A stretch of 64,000 nt of DNA from Candidatus Limnocylindria bacterium (GCA_038207785.1 JBBQZK010000002.1:17946-81945); one strand, 5' to 3'; positions 46,491-55,856 are shown, counted from the stretch's first letter. Program-made: numbers and translations. The notes: a model not told the origin generated them from the sequence alone.

Positions 46491-47806
46491 TGCGGATCCG
46501 CTTCTGGGGCGTTCGCGGCTCGATCGCGGCGGCCGGCCCCGAGACGCTGCGCTACGGCGGCAACACGCCGTGCGTCGAGGCACGGGCCGACGACGGCACG
46601 CTCCTCATCTTCGACTGCGGTACGGGTGCCCGGAAGCTCGGCATCGAGCTGGCGCGCGGCGGTCCGGTGCGCGCGCATCTCTTCATCAGCCACACCCACG
46701 CGGATCACATCCAGGGCCTGCCCTTCTTCCTTCCGGCGTTCCTCCCGGGGTCGCACCTCACCGTGTATGGACCCGCGGGCATCGACCGCTCATTCCCATC
46801 GGCCCTCGGCGGGCAGATGGACTACGCCTACTTCCCCGTGCCGATGGATCAGCTGCCGTCGAAGGTCGAGATCGTCGAGCTCGGCGAGGGCGAGTTCGGC
46901 ATCGGCTCGCTGCGCATCCGAACGGAGTTCATGAACCACACTGCGCCGACGCTGGGGTACCGCGTATCGGGGGCCGGCGGATCGTTCGTGTACGCGACCG
47001 ATCACGAGGCCCACGAAGGCGCCACCTGGCGACCGGGTCATGTGGAGGGCACGTTCGACGAGGCCGATCTGCTGCACGCCGGTGATCAGCGCCACGCCGC
47101 GTTCCTGCGGGACGCCGATCTGGTCATCCACGACTGCCAGTACCGCGGCGCGGACTATCCCGCGAAGGCGGGCTGGGGCCACAGCACGATGGAGTACGCC
47201 GTGGACACGGCGCGGGTCGCCAACGTGAAGCGGCTCGCCCTCTTCCACCACGACCCGAACCGCGACGACGCCGGGATCGACGCGCTGACCCGCGAGGCGA
47301 CGCAGCGCGCCGGGACGATGGAGGTGGTGGCCGCCGCGGAAGGCGATGAGCTCATCCTCAGCGAGACCGGGCCGAACGAATCGGGCGAGGCCGAGGGTCC
47401 GCACGCGCCGAAGATCCAGACCCGGGCGCGGATCCTCGTCGCCGACGACGACCGGGCGATCCTGCAGGTGCTCGACACCGTCCTGAGCGGTGACGGCTAT
47501 CAGGTCATCACTGCCGAAGACGGGCGCCGGGCCGTCGAGCTCGCGAAGCGGGACGGATTCGATCTCATCATGTTGGACGTGCAGATGCCCGGTCTCGACG
47601 GACTCGCCGCCGCGCGTCTGCTGCGACTGGACGCCAGGCTGACCGACGTGCCGATCGTGATGCTCACGGCGCGGACGTCGGACAAGGACATCGAGGCCGC
47701 CTTCGCGGAGGGCGTGACCGACTACATCACGAAGCCGTTCGCAGTCGCGCAGATGCGCGCGCGCGTACGGTCGTGGCTATCGCGATCGGCCGAGGTCGAG
47801 AAGTGA
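46490..47806 (+). CDS. MBL-fold metallo-hydrolase fused to C-terminal response-regulator receiver
   Basis: MRIRFWGVRGS... start overlapping the upstream stop (TGATG). HTHADHIQG (HxHxDH) plus a downstream His/Asp ligand region. The C-terminal REC domain is canonical (ARILVADDDRAILQVL...LIMLDVQMPGLDG...IVMLTARTSDKD...TKPF). Confidence 0.75.
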   Translation: MRIRFWGVRGSIAAAGPETLRYGGNTPCVEARADDGTLLIFDCGTGARKLGIELARGGPVRAHLFISHTHADHIQGLPFFLPAFLPGSHLTVYGPAGIDRSFPSALGGQMDYAYFPVPMDQLPSKVEIVELGEGEFGIGSLRIRTEFMNHTAPTLGYRVSGAGGSFVYATDHEAHEGATWRPGHVEGTFDEADLLHAGDQRHAAFLRDADLVIHDCQYRGADYPAKAGWGHSTMEYAVDTARVANVKRLALFHHDPNRDDAGIDALTREATQRAGTMEVVAAAEGDELILSETGPNESGEAEGPHAPKIQTRARILVADDDRAILQVLDTVLSGDGYQVITAEDGRRAVELAKRDGFDLIMLDVQMPGLDGLAAARLLRLDARLTDVPIVMLTARTSDKDIEAAFAEGVTDYITKPFAVAQMRARVRSWLSRSAEVEK

Positions 47807-48819
47807 GCCAGCCGTGGACCGATCTCCAACGCTACGTGATCGAAGAGCATTTCGAGGACTACGTCGAGGGCCGGATCTCGCGTCGCGAGATGTTGAAGCG
47901 GGTGTCGTACATCACCGGTGGCGTCGCGGCCTCGCTCGCCGTGCTCACCGCCCTCGGCTGCAACGTGGACCAGCCGCGCGCGGGCGCCGGCGGGCCGTCG
48001 GCCTCCGCGGCGGCGGCGAGCCCCAAGCCGGCGTCACCGCAGCCGAACGTCGCGTACGCCACCCCGCCTTCGACCGCGACCACGTCGCCGGTCACCGTGA
48101 AGCCCGACGACCCGCGGCTCCGCCAGGCCGGACCGGTGACGATCCCGTCGAGCGATGGGAAGGCGTCGCTGATCGGATACGAGGTGTATCCGGCGGCGCC
48201 GAACGGACACGGAGTCCTGGTCATGCACGAGAACACCGGCCTCACCGATCACATCAAGGACGTCATCAGGCGCGTAGCGACGGCCGGATACATGGGGTTC
48301 GGCATCGACCTGTTGTCGCGGCAAGGTGGCGCCGAGAAGCTGGGAGTCGGCTACTCGGGCGCGCTCGCGAACACGACCGTCGAGCAGATGAACGCGGACC
48401 TCGTGGCCGCGATCGCGTACATCCAGGCGAAGGCCATCGACGGATACGCGCCGGTGAAGGTGGGGGCCGTCGGCTTCTGTTTCGGCGGCGGCACGACGTG
48501 GAACCTCGTCAACGCGGGCGCGCCGCTCGCGGCGGCGGTGCCGTTCTACGGTCCGCTGCCGTCGAACGCGGCCGGCCTCGCCACGACGAAGACCGCGGTC
48601 CTTGCGATATACGCCGAGCAGGACACCCGCATCACGGCGAGCTGGCCGGATACGGAGGCGCAGCTCAAGAAGAGCGGCTCACCGTATGCGCAGAAGGTCG
48701 AGCCAGGCGTCGGTCACGCGTTCCACAACGACACGAACGGCCCGTCGCGCTACGGTCCGGCGCAGGCCCAGGATGCGTGGGTCGCGACGATCGAGTGGTT
48801 CCGGAAGTATCTGACCTAG
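47803..48819 (+). CDS. dienelactone-hydrolase-family alpha/beta hydrolase, Tat-signal lipoprotein
   Basis: Twin-arginine motif and lipobox (SRREMLKRVSYITGGVAASLAVLTALGC). DLH fold with GFCFGGG. I propose a GTG start overlapping the upstream TGA (GTGA). Confidence 0.7.
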   Translation: MSQPWTDLQRYVIEEHFEDYVEGRISRREMLKRVSYITGGVAASLAVLTALGCNVDQPRAGAGGPSASAAAASPKPASPQPNVAYATPPSTATTSPVTVKPDDPRLRQAGPVTIPSSDGKASLIGYEVYPAAPNGHGVLVMHENTGLTDHIKDVIRRVATAGYMGFGIDLLSRQGGAEKLGVGYSGALANTTVEQMNADLVAAIAYIQAKAIDGYAPVKVGAVGFCFGGGTTWNLVNAGAPLAAAVPFYGPLPSNAAGLATTKTAVLAIYAEQDTRITASWPDTEAQLKKSGSPYAQKVEPGVGHAFHNDTNGPSRYGPAQAQDAWVATIEWFRKYLT

Positions 48820-49223
48820 TTCGGCTTCGAGCCGCGCTGGCGGTGGCGTTCGATGGTCTGCAGCAGCTCGTTCACGTCGAAGGGCTTCGCGATGTAACCG
48901 GTGGCGCCGATCTCCTCGGCCCAGCGGCGCGCGCTCTCCGCCGCGGTCATGACGACGATCGGATACGTGTGGTGACGGTCGCGGAACTCCTTGGCGAAGC
49001 CCCAGCCGTCCAGGACGGGCATCCGCATGTCGAGCAGGATCAGCGAGGGTGCGATCTGGATCAACGCGTCGAGCGCCTCCGCACCGTTCGATGCGGTCCG
49101 AACGGCGAGGCCCTCGCTTTCAAGGAAGTCGCGGAGCATGGCGAGGATCTCGGGGTCGTCATCGACGACGAGGATGAGCCGACCGGCGCCCGCGGAGTCA
49201 TCGACGCGCGGTCGCGGACCCAT
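48816..49223 (-). CDS. single-domain response regulator receiver
   Basis: LILVVDDDPEILAMLRDFL...LILLDMRMPVLDG...IVVMTAAES...AKPF. Start at MGPRPRV by arithmetic. An alternative TTG overlaps the upstream HK stop (TTGA). Confidence 0.75.
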   Translation of the reverse strand: MGPRPRVDDSAGAGRLILVVDDDPEILAMLRDFLESEGLAVRTASNGAEALDALIQIAPSLILLDMRMPVLDGWGFAKEFRDRHHTYPIVVMTAAESARRWAEEIGATGYIAKPFDVNELLQTIERHRQRGSKPN

Positions 49224-49282
49224 TCCGCGCCCTGGGATGTTGGGCTGATCCTGGGCGAGGCCGATGTGCTGCAGGTCTACCG

Positions 49283-51118
49283 TCAATTCAGCGTTCCTTC
49301 CTCGACGACCGGCAGCGCGACGTGGAACGTGCTGCCCTCGCCGACGGTGCTTTCCACCCAGATCCGTCCGCCGTGCTCGTGTGCGATGCCGCGGCAAATG
49401 TATAGACCCAGGCCGATGCCCGCATAGCGGCGAGCGTCGACATTGGCGGCGCGATGGAAGCGTTCGAACACGTGCGGCACATCGGACGCAGGGATCCCGA
49501 TGCCGTGGTCACGCACGCTGATGCGAATGTCGTTCTCCGACCGCCATGCGTTGACCTCGACCGGGCTCTCGTCGTCGCTGTACTTGATCGCGTTCTCGAC
49601 GAGGTTGTCCACGAGCTGCTCGATGCGCCGCCGGTCGAAGCTGCCGGTCAGCCGCTCGCGGGCATCGACGACGATCCGCTCCTTCTCCGGCCGGCTCCGC
49701 GCCGCGACGGCACTGACGACCGCGGCCACGTCGATGGGCTCACGCCGCACCTCGAGCTTGCCTTCCTCGATCCGCGACGCGTCCAGGAGGTCCTCGACGA
49801 GCGCCGAGAGCCGCCGCGCCTCGCGCGCGATCCGCCCGATCGCCGGCTGGTGCTGCGCCAGACCGGGGTCGCGGGCGAAGCGCAGCTCGAGGATCTGGGC
49901 CTGGCCCAGCAGGGTCGTCAGGGGCGTCTTCAGGTCGTGTGCCGCGGCCGAAACGAAGTCATCCTTCAGCCTGGTGGCCTCTTTCTGCGCCCGCACCCGC
50001 GCCGCTTCGTCGATGAGCGCCCGACTCTCGAGAACGACCGCGGCTTGATCGGCGAGCAGCTGGGCGAGCGCGAGGTCGTCGGTCGAGAAGACCGGCTGGT
50101 TCGCGGCGAACGCTTCGAGGACGCCGATCCGGCGGTCGCCCGCGGTGATCGGCGCCACGAGCACGGCTCCGACGGCGGCAGCCCGGTACGCGGCGGCGTG
50201 CTTCGGATGCGCGCGCGCGGCGTCGGGAAAGTACTCGGCCGTCTGCGAGCTGAACACGCGCGCGGCCAGGAACTCGCTGTCCTCCGGCACCTCCCGCGGA
50301 AGGGCGCCGTGGCCGTTATCGAATCGCAGGGCCTTCGCATCGGGGTCGTAGAGCCCGATCGCCGCGCGGGCCCCGAACGACTCGCCCGTGCCACGCTCGA
50401 GCTCGCGCAGGATGGCATCCGTCGTGGGAAGGCGGGGCAAGGTGCTCGCGCGCTCGAGGAAGGCGCGCAGCTCCGGTTCCTGCCAGTAGCGCCGCAGCTG
50501 TGCTGGAGGCGCGAACCCCAGGACCCACGCGACCGCCGCGAACAAGGCGAGCACCTGCGTCGCGCCGGCGAAGAGCCCGGCCGACGCTGGCGCGAGCGTG
50601 CTTCCCGCGGCGACGAGGACCGCGAGGCCGATGAGGCCCATGCCGGCGGCGACGGCCTGGGTCCGGCGTTTCGTCACGCCGGAGGAGCTCCGAGAGAGCT
50701 TGATGAAGCCGAACGCGACGTACAGCGCGCCTGTCGCGAAGTACAGGATGAGGAACAGGGTCTCGACGGCATCGAGCGGGGCGCTCGTGACGACCAGGAT
50801 GACCGCTGTAATGAAGCCACTGAGCGTCGCCGCACGGACCGGCATCGGCACGCCCGAGAAATCCGCGAGCAGCCGCAGCATCAGGTACGGCAGCGCCATG
50901 GCGAGGACCGTCGCGATCGCGGTCGTGACCGCGCTGGTCGCGATGCCTAGCACCTGGAGCGTCGGCGCCTCGAGGGCCGCCAACGCGAGGGCTCCGAAGA
51001 AGAGCGCGGTGTCCACGGCGGTGCGCGTGCGCCGCCGGTCGGCGGCGACGGCGACGAGAACGGCGATCCCTACGAAGAGGACGTTATTGATGCCCTGGAT
51101 GAGCTGGAGCGCTGTCAC
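49283..51118 (-). CDS. membrane sensor histidine kinase with GAF domain
   Basis: 611 aa with about six N-terminal TM helices, a GAF-like segment, HisKA (AAAHDLKTPLTTLLGQ) and HATPase_c (NAIKYS...DHGIGIP...GIGLGL). Confidence 0.85.
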   Translation of the reverse strand: MTALQLIQGINNVLFVGIAVLVAVAADRRRTRTAVDTALFFGALALAALEAPTLQVLGIATSAVTTAIATVLAMALPYLMLRLLADFSGVPMPVRAATLSGFITAVILVVTSAPLDAVETLFLILYFATGALYVAFGFIKLSRSSSGVTKRRTQAVAAGMGLIGLAVLVAAGSTLAPASAGLFAGATQVLALFAAVAWVLGFAPPAQLRRYWQEPELRAFLERASTLPRLPTTDAILRELERGTGESFGARAAIGLYDPDAKALRFDNGHGALPREVPEDSEFLAARVFSSQTAEYFPDAARAHPKHAAAYRAAAVGAVLVAPITAGDRRIGVLEAFAANQPVFSTDDLALAQLLADQAAVVLESRALIDEAARVRAQKEATRLKDDFVSAAAHDLKTPLTTLLGQAQILELRFARDPGLAQHQPAIGRIAREARRLSALVEDLLDASRIEEGKLEVRREPIDVAAVVSAVAARSRPEKERIVVDARERLTGSFDRRRIEQLVDNLVENAIKYSDDESPVEVNAWRSENDIRISVRDHGIGIPASDVPHVFERFHRAANVDARRYAGIGLGLYICRGIAHEHGGRIWVESTVGEGSTFHVALPVVEEGTLN

Positions 51119-51130
51119 TCGCGCGGCATG

Positions 51131-52603
51131 CTACTGGCCAGATTGCTCCTTGAGCATCGCTCGGATCGCCTCCCGACCCTGCGGCGACGACTCGGGGACC
51201 GGTGCGTGTGCCGGCGGCACGATGATGGCTTGGTCGCCTGCCGGCTCGGGATGCGGCAGCTCGACGTCCTCGGGCCCGCCGGCCGCGCGGATGAGCGTCC
51301 GCTCCGCGTCGGGCGAGTCGAGCCCGATGAGCTTGTCGACGAGCTTGCGGTTGCGCATCGAACGCGCCAGCGCGCCGAGCACCGCCGGATTGCGCAGCGC
51401 ATTCGGATCCTGCTGGGCGAGCGGCGTGAGCGCGACCTCCTGCGCCAGCTCGGTCGAGGAGATCGTCACGTTCTCCTTCTTCGCCAGCGCGTCGAGCACG
51501 AGCAGCGATTTCGCCCGGCGCTCCGCCGTCGCGCGCCAGTCCGCCCGGATCTCGTCCTCCGTCTTGCGCGCCTGCAGCAGGAACTGCTCCCAGCTCAAGC
51601 CCTGCTCGGTCACGCGAGCCTTGAGGTCGGCCATCAGATGGTCGAGCTCATCGGACACGAGGATCTCCGGCACTTCGACCGTCGAGGTGTCCAAGAGGTG
51701 GGCCAGGAGCTTCTCGGCCGCATCGTCACGGGCTTCGTGGAACGCGGCGTGGGCGAGCTCGCCGCGGACGGCCTTGTCGAGGTCCGGCACCGTCGCGACG
51801 CCCACGGTCTTCGCGAACTCGTCGTCGAGCGCCGGCAGGATCTTCTCCGCGACCTGCGAGACCTTCGCGGTGAAGACGCCCGTCTTGCCGCGCAGATCCG
51901 CATCCGGGTAGTCGGCCGGGAAGGCCAGCTCGAACGACTTCTCGTCTCCGGCCTTGGTCCCGACCAATTCCTCCGCGAGGCCGGGGATCGCGTACTCCTT
52001 GCCGAGCTCGAGATGCGCGTTGCGGCCCATCGGCGGCATCTGCCGGCCGTCGAGCTTCACATCGAGGTCGATCGTGAGCACATCGTTCTGCTCGGCGGCG
52101 CGTTCCACGGTCTTGAGCTCAGCGTGATGCTCGCGCATCCCGGCGATCGTTCGCTCGACCTGCTCATCGGTGATCGCGGCCGGCTGGACTGTGATGCCGG
52201 CCGCGGCGTGATCCCCGAGCTCGACCTCGGGACGGACGGGAACGGTCGCTTTGTACTTCAGCGACTTGCCCGCCTCGAGCTGGCTGACCTCCACCTCGGG
52301 TCGATCGAGCCAGTCGATCTGCTCGAGGTCGGCGATCTCCTTGAATGTTTCGTCGACGACGTCCGCGGCCGCATCCTCCCACAGATGGTCCGCGCCGTAG
52401 GTGCGCTCGTACAAGGCCCGTGGCGCTTTCCCCGGTCGGAAGCCCGGGATCTTCGCGTGTTGCACGTGCTTCTGGAACGCCCGCTCGCTCGCGCGCTCGA
52501 GGCGATCGGCATCGACCTCCACAGTGAGCGCGACGATCGAGCCGGGCCTGCGCTCGATGCTGTGGGTGAAGGAGCGCGCTGGGGCGTCCTGTTCGGTGGT
52601 CAT
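51131..52603 (-). CDS. tig: trigger factor
   Basis: Start MTTEQDAPARSF... by arithmetic. N-terminal ribosome-binding domain with a GFRPGKAP motif, PPIase and C-terminal arm domains. About 490 aa. Confidence 0.9.
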   Translation of the reverse strand: MTTEQDAPARSFTHSIERRPGSIVALTVEVDADRLERASERAFQKHVQHAKIPGFRPGKAPRALYERTYGADHLWEDAAADVVDETFKEIADLEQIDWLDRPEVEVSQLEAGKSLKYKATVPVRPEVELGDHAAAGITVQPAAITDEQVERTIAGMREHHAELKTVERAAEQNDVLTIDLDVKLDGRQMPPMGRNAHLELGKEYAIPGLAEELVGTKAGDEKSFELAFPADYPDADLRGKTGVFTAKVSQVAEKILPALDDEFAKTVGVATVPDLDKAVRGELAHAAFHEARDDAAEKLLAHLLDTSTVEVPEILVSDELDHLMADLKARVTEQGLSWEQFLLQARKTEDEIRADWRATAERRAKSLLVLDALAKKENVTISSTELAQEVALTPLAQQDPNALRNPAVLGALARSMRNRKLVDKLIGLDSPDAERTLIRAAGGPEDVELPHPEPAGDQAIIVPPAHAPVPESSPQGREAIRAMLKEQSGQ

Positions 52604-52650
52604 CGGAGACGCGAGTTTAGGCGTCTGCGCCGTATGCTGCGAACGCCCCG

Positions 52651-52989
52651 ATGTACTTCTACGAGATCCACGAGCCCGACGACGACCTCGGCACGGCCGT
52701 CCTGCTGTCCCACGAGGACCGCTTCTCACCTGAGGAGTTCTTCCGGATGGTCAAGAAGGCCCGGGACCTGGTCAAAGACAGCTTCGAAGAGGCGTCGCTT
52801 CCGGAGGCCATCGCGAATGAGCTCGAGCGATCGAGCCACTTCGTCCACGTGACCGACGACCGGCTCCTGGCCTCGGTGAGCGTCGGAGACACCGATCAGG
52901 ACACGTATCTGCTCGCGACCGACGAAGGCGTGCGGACGGTGTACGTCGAGGGCGACGAGCCGAAGGCCAATGGCGACCGCCCCAATTAA
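52651..52989 (+). CDS. hypothetical acidic protein
   Basis: 112-aa ORF with ATG start in a locally lower-GC start region (atgtacttctacgag). It sits divergent from tig. I recognise no domain. Confidence 0.45.
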   Translation: MYFYEIHEPDDDLGTAVLLSHEDRFSPEEFFRMVKKARDLVKDSFEEASLPEAIANELERSSHFVHVTDDRLLASVSVGDTDQDTYLLATDEGVRTVYVEGDEPKANGDRPN

Positions 52990-53884
52990 CACGCCCCGCG
53001 TCGGCTTCGTCGGGCTCGGGATCATGGGGCAGCCGATGGCCCGCAACGCCCTGAAGGCCGGCTTCCCGGTGACCGTCACCAACCGCACCCTCGCCCGGGC
53101 CGATCCGCTCCGGGGCGACGGCGCGACGGTCGTGCCGACGCCCCGTGACGTCGCGCGGGTGTCGGATCTCGTCGTCACGATGGTGACGAACGCGCCCGAG
53201 GTCGAGGCGGTCACGTTCGGGCCAGACGGCATCGCCGACGGCGCGCACGACGGACTCCTCGTGATCGACATGAGCAGCATCTCCCCGGTCGCGGCACGCG
53301 CCTTCGCCGAGCGCGCGGAGGAGAACGGCTTCCGGACGCTTGACGCGCCCGTCTCGGGCGGCGAGCTCGGGGCCGTGGAAGCGCGCCTCTCGATCATGGT
53401 GGGTGGCGACGAAGCCGACGTCGAACGGGCGCGGCCCCTGTTCCTGGCCATGGGCAAGACGATCGTGCACATCGGGGGGCACGGCGCGGGGCAGGCCTGC
53501 AAGCTCGCGAACCAGATCGCGGTCGCGATCAACAACCTCGGCGTCTCGGAGGCGCTCGTGTTCGCCGCCGCGATGGGCATCGACCTCGAGCGCACCCGGC
53601 AGGTGATCGCAGGCGGCGCGGGGAGCTCGTGGGCGATGCAGAACTACGCGCCAAAGATGCTGGCGGGTGACTTCACGCCCGGGTTCATGGTCGACCATCA
53701 GCAGAAGGATCTTCGCAATGTCCTTGACGCCGCGTTCTCGTCGCACCTGTCGCTGCCGGGAACGTCCTTGGCGCATGCGCTGTACACGGCGCTGCAGCAC
53801 GACGGCGGCGGGCGCGAGGGGAACCTCGCGATCATCAAGGTCATCGAGCGGCTCTCGGGCATCGAGGCCCGCGCCCGACCGTGA
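52970..53884 (+). CDS. NAD(P)-dependent 3-hydroxyisobutyrate dehydrogenase-family oxidoreductase
   Basis: VGFVGLGIMGQPMARN Rossmann motif. HIBADH signature region (GGHGAGQACKLANQIAVA). 304 aa. Confidence 0.85.
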   Translation: MATAPINTPRVGFVGLGIMGQPMARNALKAGFPVTVTNRTLARADPLRGDGATVVPTPRDVARVSDLVVTMVTNAPEVEAVTFGPDGIADGAHDGLLVIDMSSISPVAARAFAERAEENGFRTLDAPVSGGELGAVEARLSIMVGGDEADVERARPLFLAMGKTIVHIGGHGAGQACKLANQIAVAINNLGVSEALVFAAAMGIDLERTRQVIAGGAGSSWAMQNYAPKMLAGDFTPGFMVDHQQKDLRNVLDAAFSSHLSLPGTSLAHALYTALQHDGGGREGNLAIIKVIERLSGIEARARP

Positions 53885-54643
53885 CCTTCGACGAGTCGCT
53901 GGCCCGGCTTGCGCCGCTCGCGGATACCGCGCTCCGGGACGGCTGGACCTTCCGCGGGAAGCGGCTGGGCCTCGGCTACGCGCTGTACCACGCCGTTGAA
54001 GAGGAGCAGCGCGCCGTGATCGCTGCCCCACCGTCGCGGTCCGAGGCCGCCAGGATCCTGTCGCTTGCCCAGAGCGCCTTTGGCGACCTCCGCGGCCTGG
54101 TCGCGGGACTTCCGACCGACGGCCTCGATCGGGCGCCGGGCGAGCGGGAATGGTCGATCCGGGAGACCCTCGCGCACGCCGTCGATGTCGAGCGCGCGTC
54201 TCGCCAGCACGCAGTACGCGCTCACGAGAACGGCAGCCGAGCCGGTGCTCATGCCGCCCGACCGCCGGCCGCGAGCGGATCCGGCGGACGTGGCCGGCGG
54301 GACCGGCGACATCGTCGTGCGCTTCGCCGCGTTGCGGGCCGAAACGGACGCCGCCCTCACCGACACGCCCGATGCCGACCTCGCGCGGCCGAGCATGTGG
54401 AGCGGAGTCGAGATCGACGTGCGGCATCGGCTGCACCGATTCGCGTCGCACATCGCTGAGCATGCCTATCAGTGCGAGAAGGCGATCAGAGCGCTCGGCC
54501 TGTACGGCGGCGACGCGCGCAACACCTGCCGCAGGATCGGCGCGCTGCGCGGATCGCACGAGGGGCGCACCGAACGCGAGCGCCTGGACGCGCTCGATGC
54601 GGCGCTTGCCCAGAAGGCCCAGCTCGCGACAGCATCGCGGTAG
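53881..54643 (+). pseudogene. DinB_2-family gene disrupted by an apparent frameshift near 54190-54215
   Basis: The first frame (53881..54459) encodes the DinB N-terminal pattern ...RILSLAQSAFGDLRGLVAGLPTDGLDRAPGEREWSIRETLAHAVDVE, then degenerates into an Arg-rich sequence. A second frame (54065..54643) encodes a plausible C-terminal half (...VRFAALRAETDAALTDTPDADLARPSMWSGVEIDVRHRLHRFASHIAEHAYQ). Confidence 0.45.
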
Positions 54644-54654
54644 GCTTGCGCTTC

Positions 54655-54740
54655 GGGCGAGTGGCGAAGTCGGTAGACGCGGCAGCCCTAGGAGCTGTTG
54701 CTCGTAAGAGCGTGAGGGTTCGAGTCCCTCCTCGCCCACC
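54655..54740 (+). tRNA. tRNA-Leu (anticodon UAG), class II with long variable arm
   Basis: Cloverleaf read directly: acceptor GGGCGAG/CTCGCCC, D-arm GCG-AAGTCGGTAGA-CGC, anticodon stem GCAGC/GCTGT with loop CCTAGGA, variable arm TGCTCGTAAGAGCGT, T-arm GAGGG-TTCGAGT-CCCTC, discriminator A. Position 33 appears to be C rather than U. Confidence 0.8.
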
Positions 54741-54933
54741 GTCGTTACTGTTCCGCGCGACTCGCGGAGATGCGCTGCTGCTACGGTGAGGCCGTCGGCA
54801 GCGCTCACGCGCGTACAAGCGGAAACTCCCTTGTCGTCATGAGCGGTCGTCATGACGGACCAGGGGGTTTGACATCGTCATCAGCTGGACGCGGCTCCTG
54901 GGCACGGCCCGGGTCACCATCCACACCAGCGAC

Positions 54934-55569
54934 GTGGCGCTTCGGCTGTACGTCGAGGAGGTCCTCCGCGACCACGCGCAGCTCGCCGTCGAGCACACCC
55001 CGCACCGCCGTGACGGGCCACCCCCGCACCTGGCCCTGGTGGACCTGGACCCGCCCCACGCCATCGAGACGCTCCGGGCCTACACCCAAGGGGCGAGCGC
55101 CGTCCCCACGATCGCCCTTACTCGCAGCACCGATCTGCAACCCCGGCTGGCCGCGTTCGCGAACGGCGCCGATGACGTGATCACGCTTCCCGCGGCCCAC
55201 CCTGAGATCGCTGCCCGGGTCCGCGCGCTGCTCCGCCGTTCATATGGGACGCGGCTCGCGTTCGTGCCGGCCGTCAAGGTCGGTGACCTCGAGATCGACG
55301 TGATGGAGAACCGCGTCCGTTGCGGCACTGCGGTACCGGATTTGACGAGCACCGAGCAGGCGATCCTCTTCGTCCTCGCATCGAACGCCGGCCACACCGT
55401 GAGCCGCGAAGTGATCCGGCGCACCGTCTGGGGGGCATCGGACGCGCCACCCAGCAACATCGTGGACCGCCACGTCCGCTCGCTGCGATCGAAGCTCGGC
55501 GACTCATGGCGCGCACCGCGGTACATCGCGACAGTGCGCCAGGCCGGATACCGGCTGGTGGCCGCGTGA
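54934..55569 (+). CDS. OmpR/PhoB-family winged-helix regulator with degenerate receiver domain
   Basis: C-terminal trans_reg_C (LEIDVMENRVRCGTAVPDLTSTEQAILFVLASNAGHTVSREVIRRTVWGASDAPPSNIVDRHVRSLRSKLGD). The N-terminal REC-like region lacks the acidic DD pocket. GTG start. Confidence 0.65.
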   Translation: MALRLYVEEVLRDHAQLAVEHTPHRRDGPPPHLALVDLDPPHAIETLRAYTQGASAVPTIALTRSTDLQPRLAAFANGADDVITLPAAHPEIAARVRALLRRSYGTRLAFVPAVKVGDLEIDVMENRVRCGTAVPDLTSTEQAILFVLASNAGHTVSREVIRRTVWGASDAPPSNIVDRHVRSLRSKLGDSWRAPRYIATVRQAGYRLVAA

Positions 55570-55580
55570 ACGCGGACCCG

Positions 55581-55856
55581 ATGAAGCTCATCAAGTACAT
55601 CTGCGTCGCGCCCGCGCATGCGGATGGACGCAGTGAGTCCGCGCTGACCATTCACGACAGCGCGTGGGCGTTCTGCCCGCTGGGCGGCGATGCGATCGGC
55701 CATGACTGGAAACAGAGCGACGGCCTGCCGCTCGCTGAAGCGATGCGGTTGACCACTCGGCAGCAGGCCGCCGCCGCCGCGGGAGGCCGGGGCCCTGCGG
55801 CGGAGTCGAAGACGGCACCGCCGACCGCGACGAAGAGCAAGTCCAAAACGCGCTGA
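55581..55856 (+). CDS. small hypothetical protein (about 92 aa)
   Basis: ATG (MKLIKYICVAPAHADGRSESALTIHDSAWAFCPLGGDAIGHDW...) immediately after the regulator stop, with a Lys/Ser-rich C-terminus. No homology that I recognise. Could be non-coding. Confidence 0.3.
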   Translation: MKLIKYICVAPAHADGRSESALTIHDSAWAFCPLGGDAIGHDWKQSDGLPLAEAMRLTTRQQAAAAAGGRGPAAESKTAPPTATKSKSKTR

